Below are positions 29,304 to 38,797 of a stretch of 55,280 nt of DNA, piece by piece; position 1 is the stretch's first letter; every line of letters starts with the position of its first letter. The notes under the pieces are model-generated. The model did no database searches and was not told the DNA's origin. It saw only the letters and a list, made by a program, of their open reading frames with translations. A program made the position numbers and the translations under genes. The stretch comes from a virus (lineage: Duplodnaviria > Caudoviricetes), in the IMG/VR virus record IMGVR_UViG_3300029787_005125, positions 1 through 55,280 of that record, one strand, 5' to 3'.

Positions 29304-30704
29304 CTACGCTTGTGTCTTCTTTACTTTGTTTGGTTTGTGTCTTTCTCTTGCTGGATCATCGCTGGTAAAAAGATTTTGACGGCTTGGATCCTCCCGATCA
29401 CGGTACTGAGCTGTGGTTTTGGTGTTATAGTAGAGTAGCCACTCATCAGGATAAAAATCAGCAGGATGTAGCTGACCTACTGAGTTCGCTGTCCCCCATT
29501 TGTTTTTTGTATTGACAGCAAAATGTAAATGAGACCCGCCGGATCTGCCCGTGTTTCCACAATAGGCAACCAGTTGTCCTTTTTTTACCCTTTCGTTTTT
29601 TTGTGGTATTGCCGGGGTGTCCAAGTGAATATACCGTACATAATACCCCGTATCCGTTAGAATAACAAGTTGGTTGCCGGCTGATGATGGTACTCCAGTG
29701 CCCGCAAAGCAGATCGGCTTGTTCTCAACAACAACACCGTCATCAACCGCATACAAAGGACGTCCGTCAAAGCCTCTAAAATCAAGAGCACCATGCTTTC
29801 TATTAGGGGATAACTTACCTTTATACTTGTAGTCCGCACCTCTAAAATACGTGCTAGATATGCCTACGGTATGACCCCCCAAAGCGGTGCCGCGCGCTCC
29901 TGGATCTCCAGGCTTAGTTGGTAAACACCACCCAGACACTGGGTTATCAGGAAAATCAGTCCAATCACTGCCATCCCCTAATTTTTTGCCTGTTTGTCTA
30001 TCGGACCCAACAATACCATTCTGAGACGGACACGTCATATCTGTCCCCCACAAAGGTCCCTTAGATGGGTCAGGATTGGCTGCGCGCCGTCCTTCGCCAC
30101 CGGGAGGGTCGGACTGGTAGTTCCCCACGAAGCCAGGGATGCTTGAGTTAAATATGTTATTAAGTTCCACGGAAGAAATATTTTGTATCGCAATTGGTCC
30201 TCCGACCACTCTTACTATCCTGGGGTTGAAAAGATTCTCTACATCTTCAAATTTCACTGCCACTAACATTCCCAAGGGCAGTGGTACAGCGCCATCTGAT
30301 ATGTCCGAATACACATCTGGGTATGTGATCAACACAGGGTCCGTATTGGAATTGGGAGCGGGTCTAGGTTCTAGTTCTGGTATATAAACCTTATACGCAA
30401 AACTAGAAAAGTCTATTCCTTTTACTTCCGCTTCTTCTTCATCTTGATTGGCTTTGTAGAGGTAGTCATTAAACAAAGCAGTTTTGTTTTGATAAGAAGC
30501 AAAAGCCACAAGACGATGGCTAACGACCACTCCGTTAAATTCAGCAATATTGTTGAGAGTATTTTTAGAAAACGCGGCTTCAGCAGCCATTCGCATAGCA
30601 GTTGTGGTTCGCGTGCGTCGACGATCTCCTGATTCACCAGAGTTTCCGTCTTGAATGTTATTCAGTGAGCCGAAGGTCAAATCAGACATTTTTATGCTAG
30701 CCAT
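29304..30704 (-). CDS. Tail-associated M23 peptidase with gp5-like N-terminal region
   Basis: M23 motifs HGALD (HxxxD), LYAVDDGVV, GNQLVI, YIHL, GNTGRSGGSHLHF (HxH); N-terminal YKVYIPEL...VAVKF is OB-fold-like. Confidence 0.78.
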   Translation of the reverse strand: MASIKMSDLTFGSLNNIQDGNSGESGDRRRTRTTTAMRMAAEAAFSKNTLNNIAEFNGVVVSHRLVAFASYQNKTALFNDYLYKANQDEEEAEVKGIDFSSFAYKVYIPELEPRPAPNSNTDPVLITYPDVYSDISDGAVPLPLGMLVAVKFEDVENLFNPRIVRVVGGPIAIQNISSVELNNIFNSSIPGFVGNYQSDPPGGEGRRAANPDPSKGPLWGTDMTCPSQNGIVGSDRQTGKKLGDGSDWTDFPDNPVSGWCLPTKPGDPGARGTALGGHTVGISSTYFRGADYKYKGKLSPNRKHGALDFRGFDGRPLYAVDDGVVVENKPICFAGTGVPSSAGNQLVILTDTGYYVRYIHLDTPAIPQKNERVKKGQLVAYCGNTGRSGGSHLHFAVNTKNKWGTANSVGQLHPADFYPDEWLLYYNTKTTAQYRDREDPSRQNLFTSDDPARERHKPNKVKKTQA

Positions 30705-31005
30705 CTTGATTGCCCTCGTTCAACAAATCAAACAGTTGCTCTTTATCGTCATCTGTCAGCCCAACTTGTCCTGTCTTTTGTCTCTGCAGAATTGCGGCTA
30801 GCTTCACCATCTGCTCGTTGGATCTTTGAAGGTTCTCTACATACTTCGCAGCAATCGACCCCATCTCCCTTCTGTCAGCTGGAGATGCTTTCATATCCGC
30901 CATTACGTCCATCAGCAAGGATTTGGCCATGGCTCGGTCTTCCTTAATATTGGTCGTAGTTTCTTCGATGTAATGTTCTAAACTTAAATCTCGCTGTTTT
31001 CCCAT
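30697..31005 (-). CDS. Hypothetical helical protein
   Basis: 102-aa ORF overlapping both neighbours. Confidence 0.6.
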   Translation of the reverse strand: MGKQRDLSLEHYIEETTTNIKEDRAMAKSLLMDVMADMKASPADRREMGSIAAKYVENLQRSNEQMVKLAAILQRQKTGQVGLTDDDKEQLFDLLNEGNQDG

Positions 31006-31670
31006 TTTGTCTTAAACGTCCTGTATCTCTTGCGGAGCTTATTAAGGTTGTTAACAACCTGCTTGGTGTTTAACCCTGTAAGCTCTCGAAGATATAAGTA
31101 AATAGCTTTTTTGTTAAAAATTTCTATTTGTTCAGCGGAGTCTAAGAGAATACGGACAGCCATGAGAACCTTTTTCTCGTTTTCCTTAACCATAAAGGAG
31201 TCCCAAGTGTCTATTTCGTTATTTAAAGACATCCAAAATTCAACCTCAGATCTCTTATCATAGTAGCTAGGCTCATCTGATACTAGATTTTCATCCACTT
31301 CATTGAGGACATCCTCCATGAATATCTCTGTTTTAAGACGCTTCTTGGTTCTTTTAACCTTGTGTATGAACCAATTCTTAGTTACCACTGAGAAATACGA
31401 AAAAGCCTTAGAGCCCTTGTTCGGATCGTATTTATTTAGGATAGTCGTCAGCCAGACCTTACAATCCGCCCTAAGATAATCAATGTTTGGCAATGTGGTA
31501 AACCGATATGTATAGATTATCTTATCTACCATATCGTCAAATGCAGGCTGTATATACTCTTCATACAATTTTGATCGAAGTTCTCGATCTTCTGTCGAAG
31601 CGTATTTAACTATTGCGTCTTCGTGTACCTGCGTAAAGTAATGATTTTTCTTGCTCTTCTTCCTCGGCAT
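30984..31670 (-). CDS. Phage late-transcription sigma factor (T4 gp55-like)
   Basis: NHYFT start, KYDPNKGSKAFSYFSVVTKNW resembling the gp55/sigma region 2 motif; directly upstream of the structural module; GGAAG SD. Confidence 0.65.
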   Translation of the reverse strand: MPRKKSKKNHYFTQVHEDAIVKYASTEDRELRSKLYEEYIQPAFDDMVDKIIYTYRFTTLPNIDYLRADCKVWLTTILNKYDPNKGSKAFSYFSVVTKNWFIHKVKRTKKRLKTEIFMEDVLNEVDENLVSDEPSYYDKRSEVEFWMSLNNEIDTWDSFMVKENEKKVLMAVRILLDSAEQIEIFNKKAIYLYLRELTGLNTKQVVNNLNKLRKRYRTFKTKWENSEI

Positions 31671-31974
31671 TTAATGCTTCCTCTAGTTCTTGCTCTAATT
31701 CTTCGTCTATCGTATATTCAAATATCTCTCTAAACCCTGAGATTTCATCATTCACCTCTTTAATTCTAAACACTAATTCTTGAATTATGGGTTCACCGTG
31801 ATAGGAATCCATACTGTACATGTCTTTTACAAAGACCTGGAATGCCTTGGTAGTTAGAAACAAATCGGATATATTGTCCGATATGAACATAAACTTCTGC
31901 AGCAGCCTGGACAAATACCATGCTAAGAGTGCATTTACTATTAATGAAGTAACGAGAACGATATATATGAGCAT
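31606..31974 (-). CDS. Small membrane-anchored protein
   Basis: N-terminal hydrophobic helix MLIYIVLVTSLIVNALLAWYL; acidic coiled C-terminus; 65-bp overlap with the next gene. Confidence 0.6.
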   Translation of the reverse strand: MLIYIVLVTSLIVNALLAWYLSRLLQKFMFISDNISDLFLTTKAFQVFVKDMYSMDSYHGEPIIQELVFRIKEVNDEISGFREIFEYTIDEELEQELEEALNAEEEEQEKSLLYAGTRRRNS

Positions 31975-32222
31975 TATCTATCTTTATTTAGTTTATCTTT
32001 TTGTTGTTCTAGCTCTTCGCGCGAATCTTCAATAAACTGCTCTGTAATTTGACCGGTTTTATTTGACTTTGTTCCGGTTTTTTTCGTTGTAAAGGTTGTC
32101 AGCATTTTTACTAATGTGGAATCAGAGTCGCATACAGGGCATACAGACTGTGTTTCGTTAGAAGGGTGATATATTACTGATATTTTGTTACACGCGGCAC
32201 AACGATACTGATATCGTGGCAT
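31974..32222 (-). CDS. FmdB-family zinc-ribbon protein
   Basis: MPRYQYRCAAC...CPVCDS (CxxC...CxxC) signature. Confidence 0.85.
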   Translation of the reverse strand: MPRYQYRCAACNKISVIYHPSNETQSVCPVCDSDSTLVKMLTTFTTKKTGTKSNKTGQITEQFIEDSREELEQQKDKLNKDR

Positions 32223-32386
32223 TAACGATTCTTTTCAAGTTCCCTTAGTCTTTTGTCAATGTCAACTAAATGCTTCTCAAGCTCGCGCGCCTGCTGACTA
32301 ATTGCCTTTCTCAAAGAAACTTCTACAATCTCTTTAACAGCTCCCTCTGATAGAAATTTTGGCTGTTGATTTTTCCTGAATGTCAT
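32222..32386 (-). CDS. Small coiled-coil protein (54 aa, below the ORF-track cut-off)
   Basis: Manual translation MTFRKNQQPKFLSEGAVKEIVEVSLRKAISQQARELEKHLVDIDKRLRELEKNR*; GAGGAGG SD; TAATG coupling to the FmdB gene; fills the gap exactly. Confidence 0.75.
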   Translation of the reverse strand: MTFRKNQQPKFLSEGAVKEIVEVSLRKAISQQARELEKHLVDIDKRLRELEKNR

Positions 32387-32389
32387 TTG

Positions 32390-32587
32390 TTATTCCTCCT
32401 CGTTAACTTCAACATTATCTAAATTAATTGTTGGCGGGTTGGTTACAACCAACTCTGAATGGGTTGAATCTTCTGGACTTACCTGAAAATTCATATCTTG
32501 CAGGACAGGGACGATGTCCGACTGTTCCATTAGTGATCTCTGAAGAGCCATCATGAGGGCTCCTACTGCTTGATTAGAAAGTTTCAT
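32390..32587 (-). CDS. Hypothetical protein
   Basis: 65 aa; AAGGAG SD. Confidence 0.7.
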   Translation of the reverse strand: MKLSNQAVGALMMALQRSLMEQSDIVPVLQDMNFQVSPEDSTHSELVVTNPPTINLDNVEVNEEE

Positions 32588-32602
32588 CTTTTCTCCTTCT
32601 TC

Positions 32603-33475
32603 TTAAGTTTTGAAATCAAAACACTCTCTTACGCCTTGCTTAATGGCGATACTTGCTTTCCACCCGCGATCTGCTAGAGGTTCGGGATTAGCTTTGGTTT
32701 CCTGAACCTCTCCAGGACGTGGTGCGACGTAATCAAATTGTACGTCATGATAATCTAATACTATGTTCTTTACTTCATTTAAGGAAATATTTGTTCCGGT
32801 GCCTACATCGAACACTTGACCGGAAAAGTTTTCCTCTTGTTCCATACAGAAAATGTTAGCACTTACAACGTCATCAACGTGGACCATGTCTCTCCTTTGC
32901 TCTCCGTCGCCAGTTATGAACGGTTGCTCGCCAGACTGGAGTGTGCGGCGCCAATTTGCAATTGCCGTTGCATATGGTCCATCGGCGCGTTGGTCTTTAG
33001 AGTATACATTAAAATATCTTAGGCTTACAGTATCTAGCCCATAAACTCCAGAGTAAATTCCACATTCCTTCTCTGTTACTAGTTTCTGCAATGCATAAGG
33101 ATTGGTCGGTCCAGAGCCGTTACCCACAACAGAAGAAGAAGACGAGTAGATAACTCTTTTGACTGATCCTACTTTTCTGGCGAAATTCAATAGCACACTT
33201 CCTGCCAAAACATTGTTTTTCATGGTGCCAACTGGGTCCTCCAAGCATAGACCAATCCTTGGCCAGCATGCTAAGTGGAAAATATATTCTGGCTGGAAGT
33301 CTGCATAATATGGATGAAACAAACCGTCAGAGTCCTCTGCCAACGTCTTAATAATATCCCTGGGAATATCCGACTGTAAATCAATCCCGATAACCTCGTG
33401 CCCCAATTCCTGAAGTCTTGAGAAGAGATTACCTCCAATATATCCTTTGTAGCCGGTTACTAAACATCTAGCCAT
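32603..33475 (-). CDS. NAD-dependent nucleotide-sugar epimerase/dehydratase (extended SDR)
   Basis: [25 protein letters not shown] (YxxxK), [15 protein letters not shown]. Confidence 0.9.
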   Translation of the reverse strand: MARCLVTGYKGYIGGNLFSRLQELGHEVIGIDLQSDIPRDIIKTLAEDSDGLFHPYYADFQPEYIFHLACWPRIGLCLEDPVGTMKNNVLAGSVLLNFARKVGSVKRVIYSSSSSVVGNGSGPTNPYALQKLVTEKECGIYSGVYGLDTVSLRYFNVYSKDQRADGPYATAIANWRRTLQSGEQPFITGDGEQRRDMVHVDDVVSANIFCMEQEENFSGQVFDVGTGTNISLNEVKNIVLDYHDVQFDYVAPRPGEVQETKANPEPLADRGWKASIAIKQGVRECFDFKT

Positions 33476-34451
33476 TTTGTTCTCCTTTTATTCTTTTTAA
33501 ATCTTCTTCAAACATTAATTTAGCGAGTCCATTAAACTTTATTTTCGGTTCCCATTTTAGACTGGTTCTGGCTTTACTGCTATTACCTAACAAAAATGGA
33601 ACCTCTTGCGGTCTAAAATAGCGCTCGTCAATCCTAACATGTTTATCCACCGAAAGTCCAGCGTGATTAAACACTTCTTGTAGAAATTCGCGAACAGTTC
33701 TTGTTTCGCCAGTTGATATAACATAGTCATCAGCCTTATCCTGCTGGACCATAGACCACATCGCCTCGACATAATCGCCGGCGAAACCCCAATCTCTCTT
33801 AGCCTCTAGATTGCCTAGATATAAGATATCTTGCAGCCCTAGCTTTATCTTAGCAGCTGCAATCGTAATTTTTCTAGTAACAAATGTTTCACCTCTGCGC
33901 GGTGACTCATGATTAAACAAAATACCACTAGAGGCATGTAAGCCGTAGGACTCCCTGTAATTCCTGACCAAGTTATGAGAAAATAATTTAGCACAGGCAT
34001 AAGGTGACGCTGGAGTCATTCTGCTTTTTTCTGTGTATCCAGTTTTCGGACATGGAGCGTCACCATACATTTCAGAAGAAGAAGCCTGATAGAATCTGAT
34101 ATTCGGATCTGTATTACGGATCGCCTCTAGTATTCTCAATGGACCCATCGCAACGCCATCGACTGTGTGCTCTGGGATATCGAACGACACCCGAACATGC
34201 GACTGTGCAGCCAAATTATAAATCTCTCTTGGTTTATACTTAATTATAAGCCTGTACAGAGACCCAACATCGTTCAAGTCCCAGTACTCAAGGATAAAAT
34301 TAGGATTGTTGTAGATTGAATCCACTCTAACCGTGTTAATCGTGGACGTTCTTCTTTTAAGACCAACCACTCTATAGCCCCTAGAAAGCAATAGTTCCGC
34401 CAAGTAAGAGCCATCCTGGCCAGTAATTCCTGTTATTATAGCTGTTTCCAA
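33468..34451 (-). CDS. gmd: GDP-mannose 4,6-dehydratase
   Basis: [74 protein letters not shown]; TTG start abutting the fcl stop. Confidence 0.97.
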   Translation of the reverse strand: METAIITGITGQDGSYLAELLLSRGYRVVGLKRRTSTINTVRVDSIYNNPNFILEYWDLNDVGSLYRLIIKYKPREIYNLAAQSHVRVSFDIPEHTVDGVAMGPLRILEAIRNTDPNIRFYQASSSEMYGDAPCPKTGYTEKSRMTPASPYACAKLFSHNLVRNYRESYGLHASSGILFNHESPRRGETFVTRKITIAAAKIKLGLQDILYLGNLEAKRDWGFAGDYVEAMWSMVQQDKADDYVISTGETRTVREFLQEVFNHAGLSVDKHVRIDERYFRPQEVPFLLGNSSKARTSLKWEPKIKFNGLAKLMFEEDLKRIKGEQNG

Positions 34452-35381
34452 TTAATATCCTCTAATGTTTGGATAGTTTATTTTAAACCAATCGCAAGTC
34501 TTTTTTAAGCCCTCTTCTAAAGAAGTGTACCATTCTTTCTTCCACCCCAAATCTAGAAGTTTTTGATTACTGGAGGGCTTTCGATACTGTCCCGCTGGCA
34601 TGCTTGTGTTCCACATCACTTCTCCAGTGTATTCTAGAATACGACAAATTAATCCGACGACCTCTTTAATAGAATACTCTTCTGTTCCTCCAATATTAAT
34701 TGGTTCAGGTTCATTATACCTTTCCATCAAGAACAATAATATGCGTGCAATATCTTGCGAATATGTGAATTCTCTTAAAGGAGTTCCATCTCCCCAGCAC
34801 TCAATAGCGGGGCTATTGTTTATTTTTGCTTCCCAAACTTTTCTTATAATCGCTGGTATGACGTGACTATTCTCTAGATCAAAATTGTCATTTTCACCAT
34901 AAAGGTTGTTTGGAATCGCCGTAATAAAGTTACACCCATACTGCTGTCGGTATGCCCGAGACATGACGTCTACCATTCTTTTAGCATACGCATAGCCAAA
35001 ATTAGATTTGTGAGGAGGACCTAAATGTAATTGATCCTCAGTTAGGGGATAAGTAATATATGGTCCGTCAGGATATACGCAAGTTGATAATAAAGAAATA
35101 ACTTTATTGGCTTTTGATAGCAAACAAGAACTCAAAAGAGCTTGGTTCAGCGCAGAGTTGGTCATATAAAAATCTGCTATTTCTTCTGTGTTGACTTTTA
35201 CACCGCCCACTTTTGCTGCTAAATGAATAATATTTTTTCCGGCAAATGCCTCGCCACTTGTATCCACCATAGACATCATATCCCATAGAGCACGTCGATC
35301 AGGATATTCTGCCTGCGGAGTAACACTTTTAAAAGCGGAGCCCACCATGCCGGAACCACCAGTTACAATTAAGTTATTCAT
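34452..35381 (-). CDS. fcl: GDP-L-fucose synthase (GDP-4-keto-6-deoxymannose epimerase/reductase)
   Basis: TGGSGMVG, HLAAKVGG, LSTCVYP, YAYAKR, PNNLYGENDNF, SHVIPA, WGDGTPLREF; adjacent to gmd. Confidence 0.93.
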   Translation of the reverse strand: MNNLIVTGGSGMVGSAFKSVTPQAEYPDRRALWDMMSMVDTSGEAFAGKNIIHLAAKVGGVKVNTEEIADFYMTNSALNQALLSSCLLSKANKVISLLSTCVYPDGPYITYPLTEDQLHLGPPHKSNFGYAYAKRMVDVMSRAYRQQYGCNFITAIPNNLYGENDNFDLENSHVIPAIIRKVWEAKINNSPAIECWGDGTPLREFTYSQDIARILLFLMERYNEPEPINIGGTEEYSIKEVVGLICRILEYTGEVMWNTSMPAGQYRKPSSNQKLLDLGWKKEWYTSLEEGLKKTCDWFKINYPNIRGY

Positions 35382-35384
35382 AGC

Positions 35385-36215
35385 CTATTCCCACTTAAAC
35401 CACTGCTCTAGCGGCACTTTGCTGAGGTTTTTATTGCTGGTGCCTTTCCATGGTCGCCACGGGCCGTAAACCCCAATCTTGGAAGCGTCACTCAAAAAAG
35501 ATGCCCACCAAGATAACGTTCCATGTTCAAACAATATATTATCAAAAGACCTAATAAAATTAAAGTCTTCATCAATTGTCCCAGATTGCACAATTGGGCG
35601 ATACTTTTCAAATGCAAGAACAAAAGAATTAAAATACTCAACTGATTCACTTATGGGGACACTCTTGTCTTTAGACACAGACGTATGGAACGCTATATCA
35701 GACAATTCTTGCTCAGTCATATGTTTCCAAGTTGGCATGTCTGTGACGATATATAATTGATCAAAATGAAATTTATCAATTGCGTTCACATAGTCCGAAG
35801 CTTTAGGTTTTAAGTAGAACTCGTTTTTCATGAAAAGTCTATCACCCGTTCTCATGTGTAGCACCAGATCATTATTTTCTCTTTTTTCGACGCTTGGGTA
35901 CCAAGTTTTAATTTTATCTCTATGCGACAAAAAAAATCTATAGTCCTCAAAGTATCCCGATAGCAAAACATCATTACCAATTAAAGATTTATTAAACGCT
36001 TTAACAAATTGCGAATCACCGTTAATTGCTAGACATTCGTTCTGGGGTGGTGACCCAAAGGTTACACCCAAATTCTCAAGTGGTCTTTGCCCATAATAAT
36101 TTGGATACGGTGCTAGTGCTGTAACACTTGTACCATAGTAGTCTGCTAACATTCTAGCAGCGTTATATTGAAAAAGATTATTGCCAAAGCCGTTTGTTAG
36201 TTTAACATATATCAA
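35385..36215 (-). CDS. Alpha-1,2-fucosyltransferase-like protein (GT11)
   Basis: GFGNNLFQY, GYFED, LHMRTGD (HxRxGD), GTLSWWASFL; adjacent to gmd/fcl. Confidence 0.82.
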   Translation of the reverse strand: MIYVKLTNGFGNNLFQYNAARMLADYYGTSVTALAPYPNYYGQRPLENLGVTFGSPPQNECLAINGDSQFVKAFNKSLIGNDVLLSGYFEDYRFFLSHRDKIKTWYPSVEKRENNDLVLHMRTGDRLFMKNEFYLKPKASDYVNAIDKFHFDQLYIVTDMPTWKHMTEQELSDIAFHTSVSKDKSVPISESVEYFNSFVLAFEKYRPIVQSGTIDEDFNFIRSFDNILFEHGTLSWWASFLSDASKIGVYGPWRPWKGTSNKNLSKVPLEQWFKWE

Positions 36216-37006
36216 GGCAATACCTGTTTAACAAAGTTCCCCTCAGCATCTATTAACATTTCATTTTCGTTTCTGTAGGGGAAATCAGAAATTGGTCGGG
36301 TCTTATCAAACCCCGTAAATGGACGACATATGTCGGGAACATACTTTGTTTTTACATTGATAGTTTTTAAATATTCCTCCCATAAGTGCTCAGTACAAAC
36401 AAAATTGTTATCTGTTCGATTAGGGTCTTCACCATCAAGATACTTAAATGAACAATATTTTTCAAAAGTAGCCGGATTCGATAGAGCAAAGAAGCACAAA
36501 TCTCTATGCCCCGAAGGAGTAAACCTCGTGCTGTATATGACATCATCTGGGTACTGTAGCGCTGTGAGGCTTAAAGATTTCGGAAACATTGAATTATCTG
36601 GTCGGCATCTTACGATTACATCATACCGAAAGTTGTTTTCTTCAGCATAGCTTTTAGCTAACGAAAACCCATGACCAATGTTATCAATTTGATTTTGCAT
36701 CCTTGTTCTAAAGTAACCTAAAGTGCCAAAATTTTCATCGGGAAGATTTTCATCATTATCAATAACAAGTTGCTTAAGATGATCGCCGTATATATTGGTT
36801 AAGCTATCAGTTATCTCATCGTTAGTGTAGGTGTTAGTTAAATAATATTTCTGCTCTAAAGATTTACCACAAGAATGAAGTGTATTTTTAGAGGAAATAT
36901 ATGCGAAAACATCTGCTTTGTTTGGCTCTATCAGGTGCTTCATGTGATTGCGCCAATTAACTTTATAATCTCTTAACTGTCCAGTTATTAATACTGCTGT
37001 TTTCAT
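36212..37006 (-). CDS. Uncharacterised putative glycosyltransferase-like protein (paralogue of 40886..41713)
   Basis: Start moved to ATG 37006 (AAGGAG SD, ATGA overlap); KTAVLITGQLR...DVFAY...YDVIVRCRPD. Confidence 0.5.
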   Translation of the reverse strand: MKTAVLITGQLRDYKVNWRNHMKHLIEPNKADVFAYISSKNTLHSCGKSLEQKYYLTNTYTNDEITDSLTNIYGDHLKQLVIDNDENLPDENFGTLGYFRTRMQNQIDNIGHGFSLAKSYAEENNFRYDVIVRCRPDNSMFPKSLSLTALQYPDDVIYSTRFTPSGHRDLCFFALSNPATFEKYCSFKYLDGEDPNRTDNNFVCTEHLWEEYLKTINVKTKYVPDICRPFTGFDKTRPISDFPYRNENEMLIDAEGNFVKQVLP

Positions 37007-38094
37007 GCTTTCTCCTTTTGATGCTTTAGCCATTCAGATTGGGTTTGTATGTCTTGCATTATAGGACCCGGGGGTGGTGTGGATATCGGAAAAGAACTTA
37101 ACAATAACTTTAATGGTATTGGGGATTCTTCAGAAGTTCTCTGCAACAGGAACTCGTGAAGGTGCGTCTGAAGCCATTGCGGTTGCGAAACTATAACATT
37201 CCACCTATTATCAAATGGATAATCTCTTATTTTGTTTTTATCTTTAGATTTAGTAAAAACATAACGATTAGTAGTATAGAGAATTCCGCCGTCTTTTATA
37301 TTAGTTTGAAACCAAGAGAAATATGATTCTAAAGTTTTGCGAGGCATCTCCCCAAACGATCTGGTATTAATAACCAGCTCACATTCCATTTGGACTGACT
37401 CATATGCGCCATATGGAATAAGTAACACATCACACTCTACGTCGTCTACATGACAATTAATGTTTTCAGTTCCTAAAAGGCTTACAATTTTGCAATCCGG
37501 AACAACATTGCTTAAATAGTAGTGCTGTGTTAACAGGACCTCGGGGAGATCCACAATTATATATTTTGCATTTTTATACATTTTTTTTATCTTGCTCGCC
37601 AAATTGCCATATCCGGCGCCGATTTCTAAAACATTCTTAAGTTGCTTCTTATGAAACAGAAAATCAATCATTCGCTTTATTTGCCAAGCCGAATATACAT
37701 GATACAGGTCATCAAAATTCAACAAATACGTTTTATCTTGAAACTCGTGTGCGTATCTTCTTGGATTACCAATGTTTGTATTAAACGGAACTACTTCTAA
37801 ATCATCCTTCATCATGATTACCAACTCATTAAACCGTGATACTAGCTCTTTAATTTCCAGGTCATTATAATTCACATCATAATTCTTGCCGGATAGTGCT
37901 AAATCCCTTTCCTGTGATGGTAACGCTGTCTCCAACATATTACTAATACCGTTTGTACGAAACGAATCCATAGATCTATAATCACTTACTTTATGATAAT
38001 ACAAATCACCAAATACGTCCCAATGATCTTGAGAGCTATAATTTGTGTTTTTAATTTTATCTAAGTAATTTTGATAGTCCGATTCACTCAACAC
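37003..38094 (-). CDS. Putative sugar O-methyltransferase (class I SAM)
   Basis: VLEIGAGYGNL, YIIVDLPE, INTRSFGEM motifs. Confidence 0.78.
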   Translation of the reverse strand: MLSESDYQNYLDKIKNTNYSSQDHWDVFGDLYYHKVSDYRSMDSFRTNGISNMLETALPSQERDLALSGKNYDVNYNDLEIKELVSRFNELVIMMKDDLEVVPFNTNIGNPRRYAHEFQDKTYLLNFDDLYHVYSAWQIKRMIDFLFHKKQLKNVLEIGAGYGNLASKIKKMYKNAKYIIVDLPEVLLTQHYYLSNVVPDCKIVSLLGTENINCHVDDVECDVLLIPYGAYESVQMECELVINTRSFGEMPRKTLESYFSWFQTNIKDGGILYTTNRYVFTKSKDKNKIRDYPFDNRWNVIVSQPQWLQTHLHEFLLQRTSEESPIPLKLLLSSFPISTPPPGPIMQDIQTQSEWLKHQKEKA

Positions 38095-38099
38095 GATAA

Positions 38100-38786
38100 T
38101 TAAACTTTCAAACCAGTGGCTAAGCCGTCATCCCTAAATTGCTGCACCGCCTTCAGACCAGCTTCAGCTGGGTCATCTTGAAGCCTATGCAATCTCTTAA
38201 GCACCGAATCTGGAACTGTGACGATATCGGCGCCTTGAAGTTCTGCTTCCAACACGTTATATACTGTTCTGCAAGCGGCCCACAAAATCTTAACATTAGG
38301 ATAGTCAGAAAAGGACTTTGAGGCATACTTAACAAGATTTTCGGAATTCACGCCGCAATCGTTCAATCTTCCGGCAAAAATAGAAACAATGACATCTGTG
38401 TTCAAACCAAAGCAATCTTTTATTGAATGCACCTGTTTCTCGGTAAAAATAGCTGTCACGTTAACCTTAACTCCCTTATCGTGAAGTTTTTTAATGACCG
38501 CTGCATTTGAGCTACCATCTGTTTTGATCACAGGAATTTTTACCAATATTGAGGGGTCAAACGAAGTTATCGCAACTGCGACTCTTTCTATGTCTTCATC
38601 ATTGTCATCGTATAGCTGAAATGAGATGGGTCGCCCCTTTGAGTATTGGAGGCAGTGTCTGATAAACTCAGGATAATCAGTCACGCCGGCGCTTCTTAAA
38701 AAGGAAATGTTTGTGGTAAACCCTTTTACATCATTTCCGGAGTTGTTCTCTATATCGGTACCATCATAATATATTTCTATCTTCAT
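38100..38786 (-). CDS. Transaldolase/Fsa-family aldolase (short TalC type)
   Basis: GFTTN, Schiff-base Lys in LVKIP, VNVTAIFT, SIFAGR, GADIVTV; GAGGA SD. Confidence 0.88.
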   Translation of the reverse strand: MKIEIYYDGTDIENNSGNDVKGFTTNISFLRSAGVTDYPEFIRHCLQYSKGRPISFQLYDDNDEDIERVAVAITSFDPSILVKIPVIKTDGSSNAAVIKKLHDKGVKVNVTAIFTEKQVHSIKDCFGLNTDVIVSIFAGRLNDCGVNSENLVKYASKSFSDYPNVKILWAACRTVYNVLEAELQGADIVTVPDSVLKRLHRLQDDPAEAGLKAVQQFRDDGLATGLKV

Positions 38787-38797
38787 TGTATTGTCCT

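Noticed and set aside
30697-31005. Terminase small subunit call for the 102-aa helical protein
   Set aside because: Size and helicity fit, but there is no diagnostic motif and no large terminase nearby
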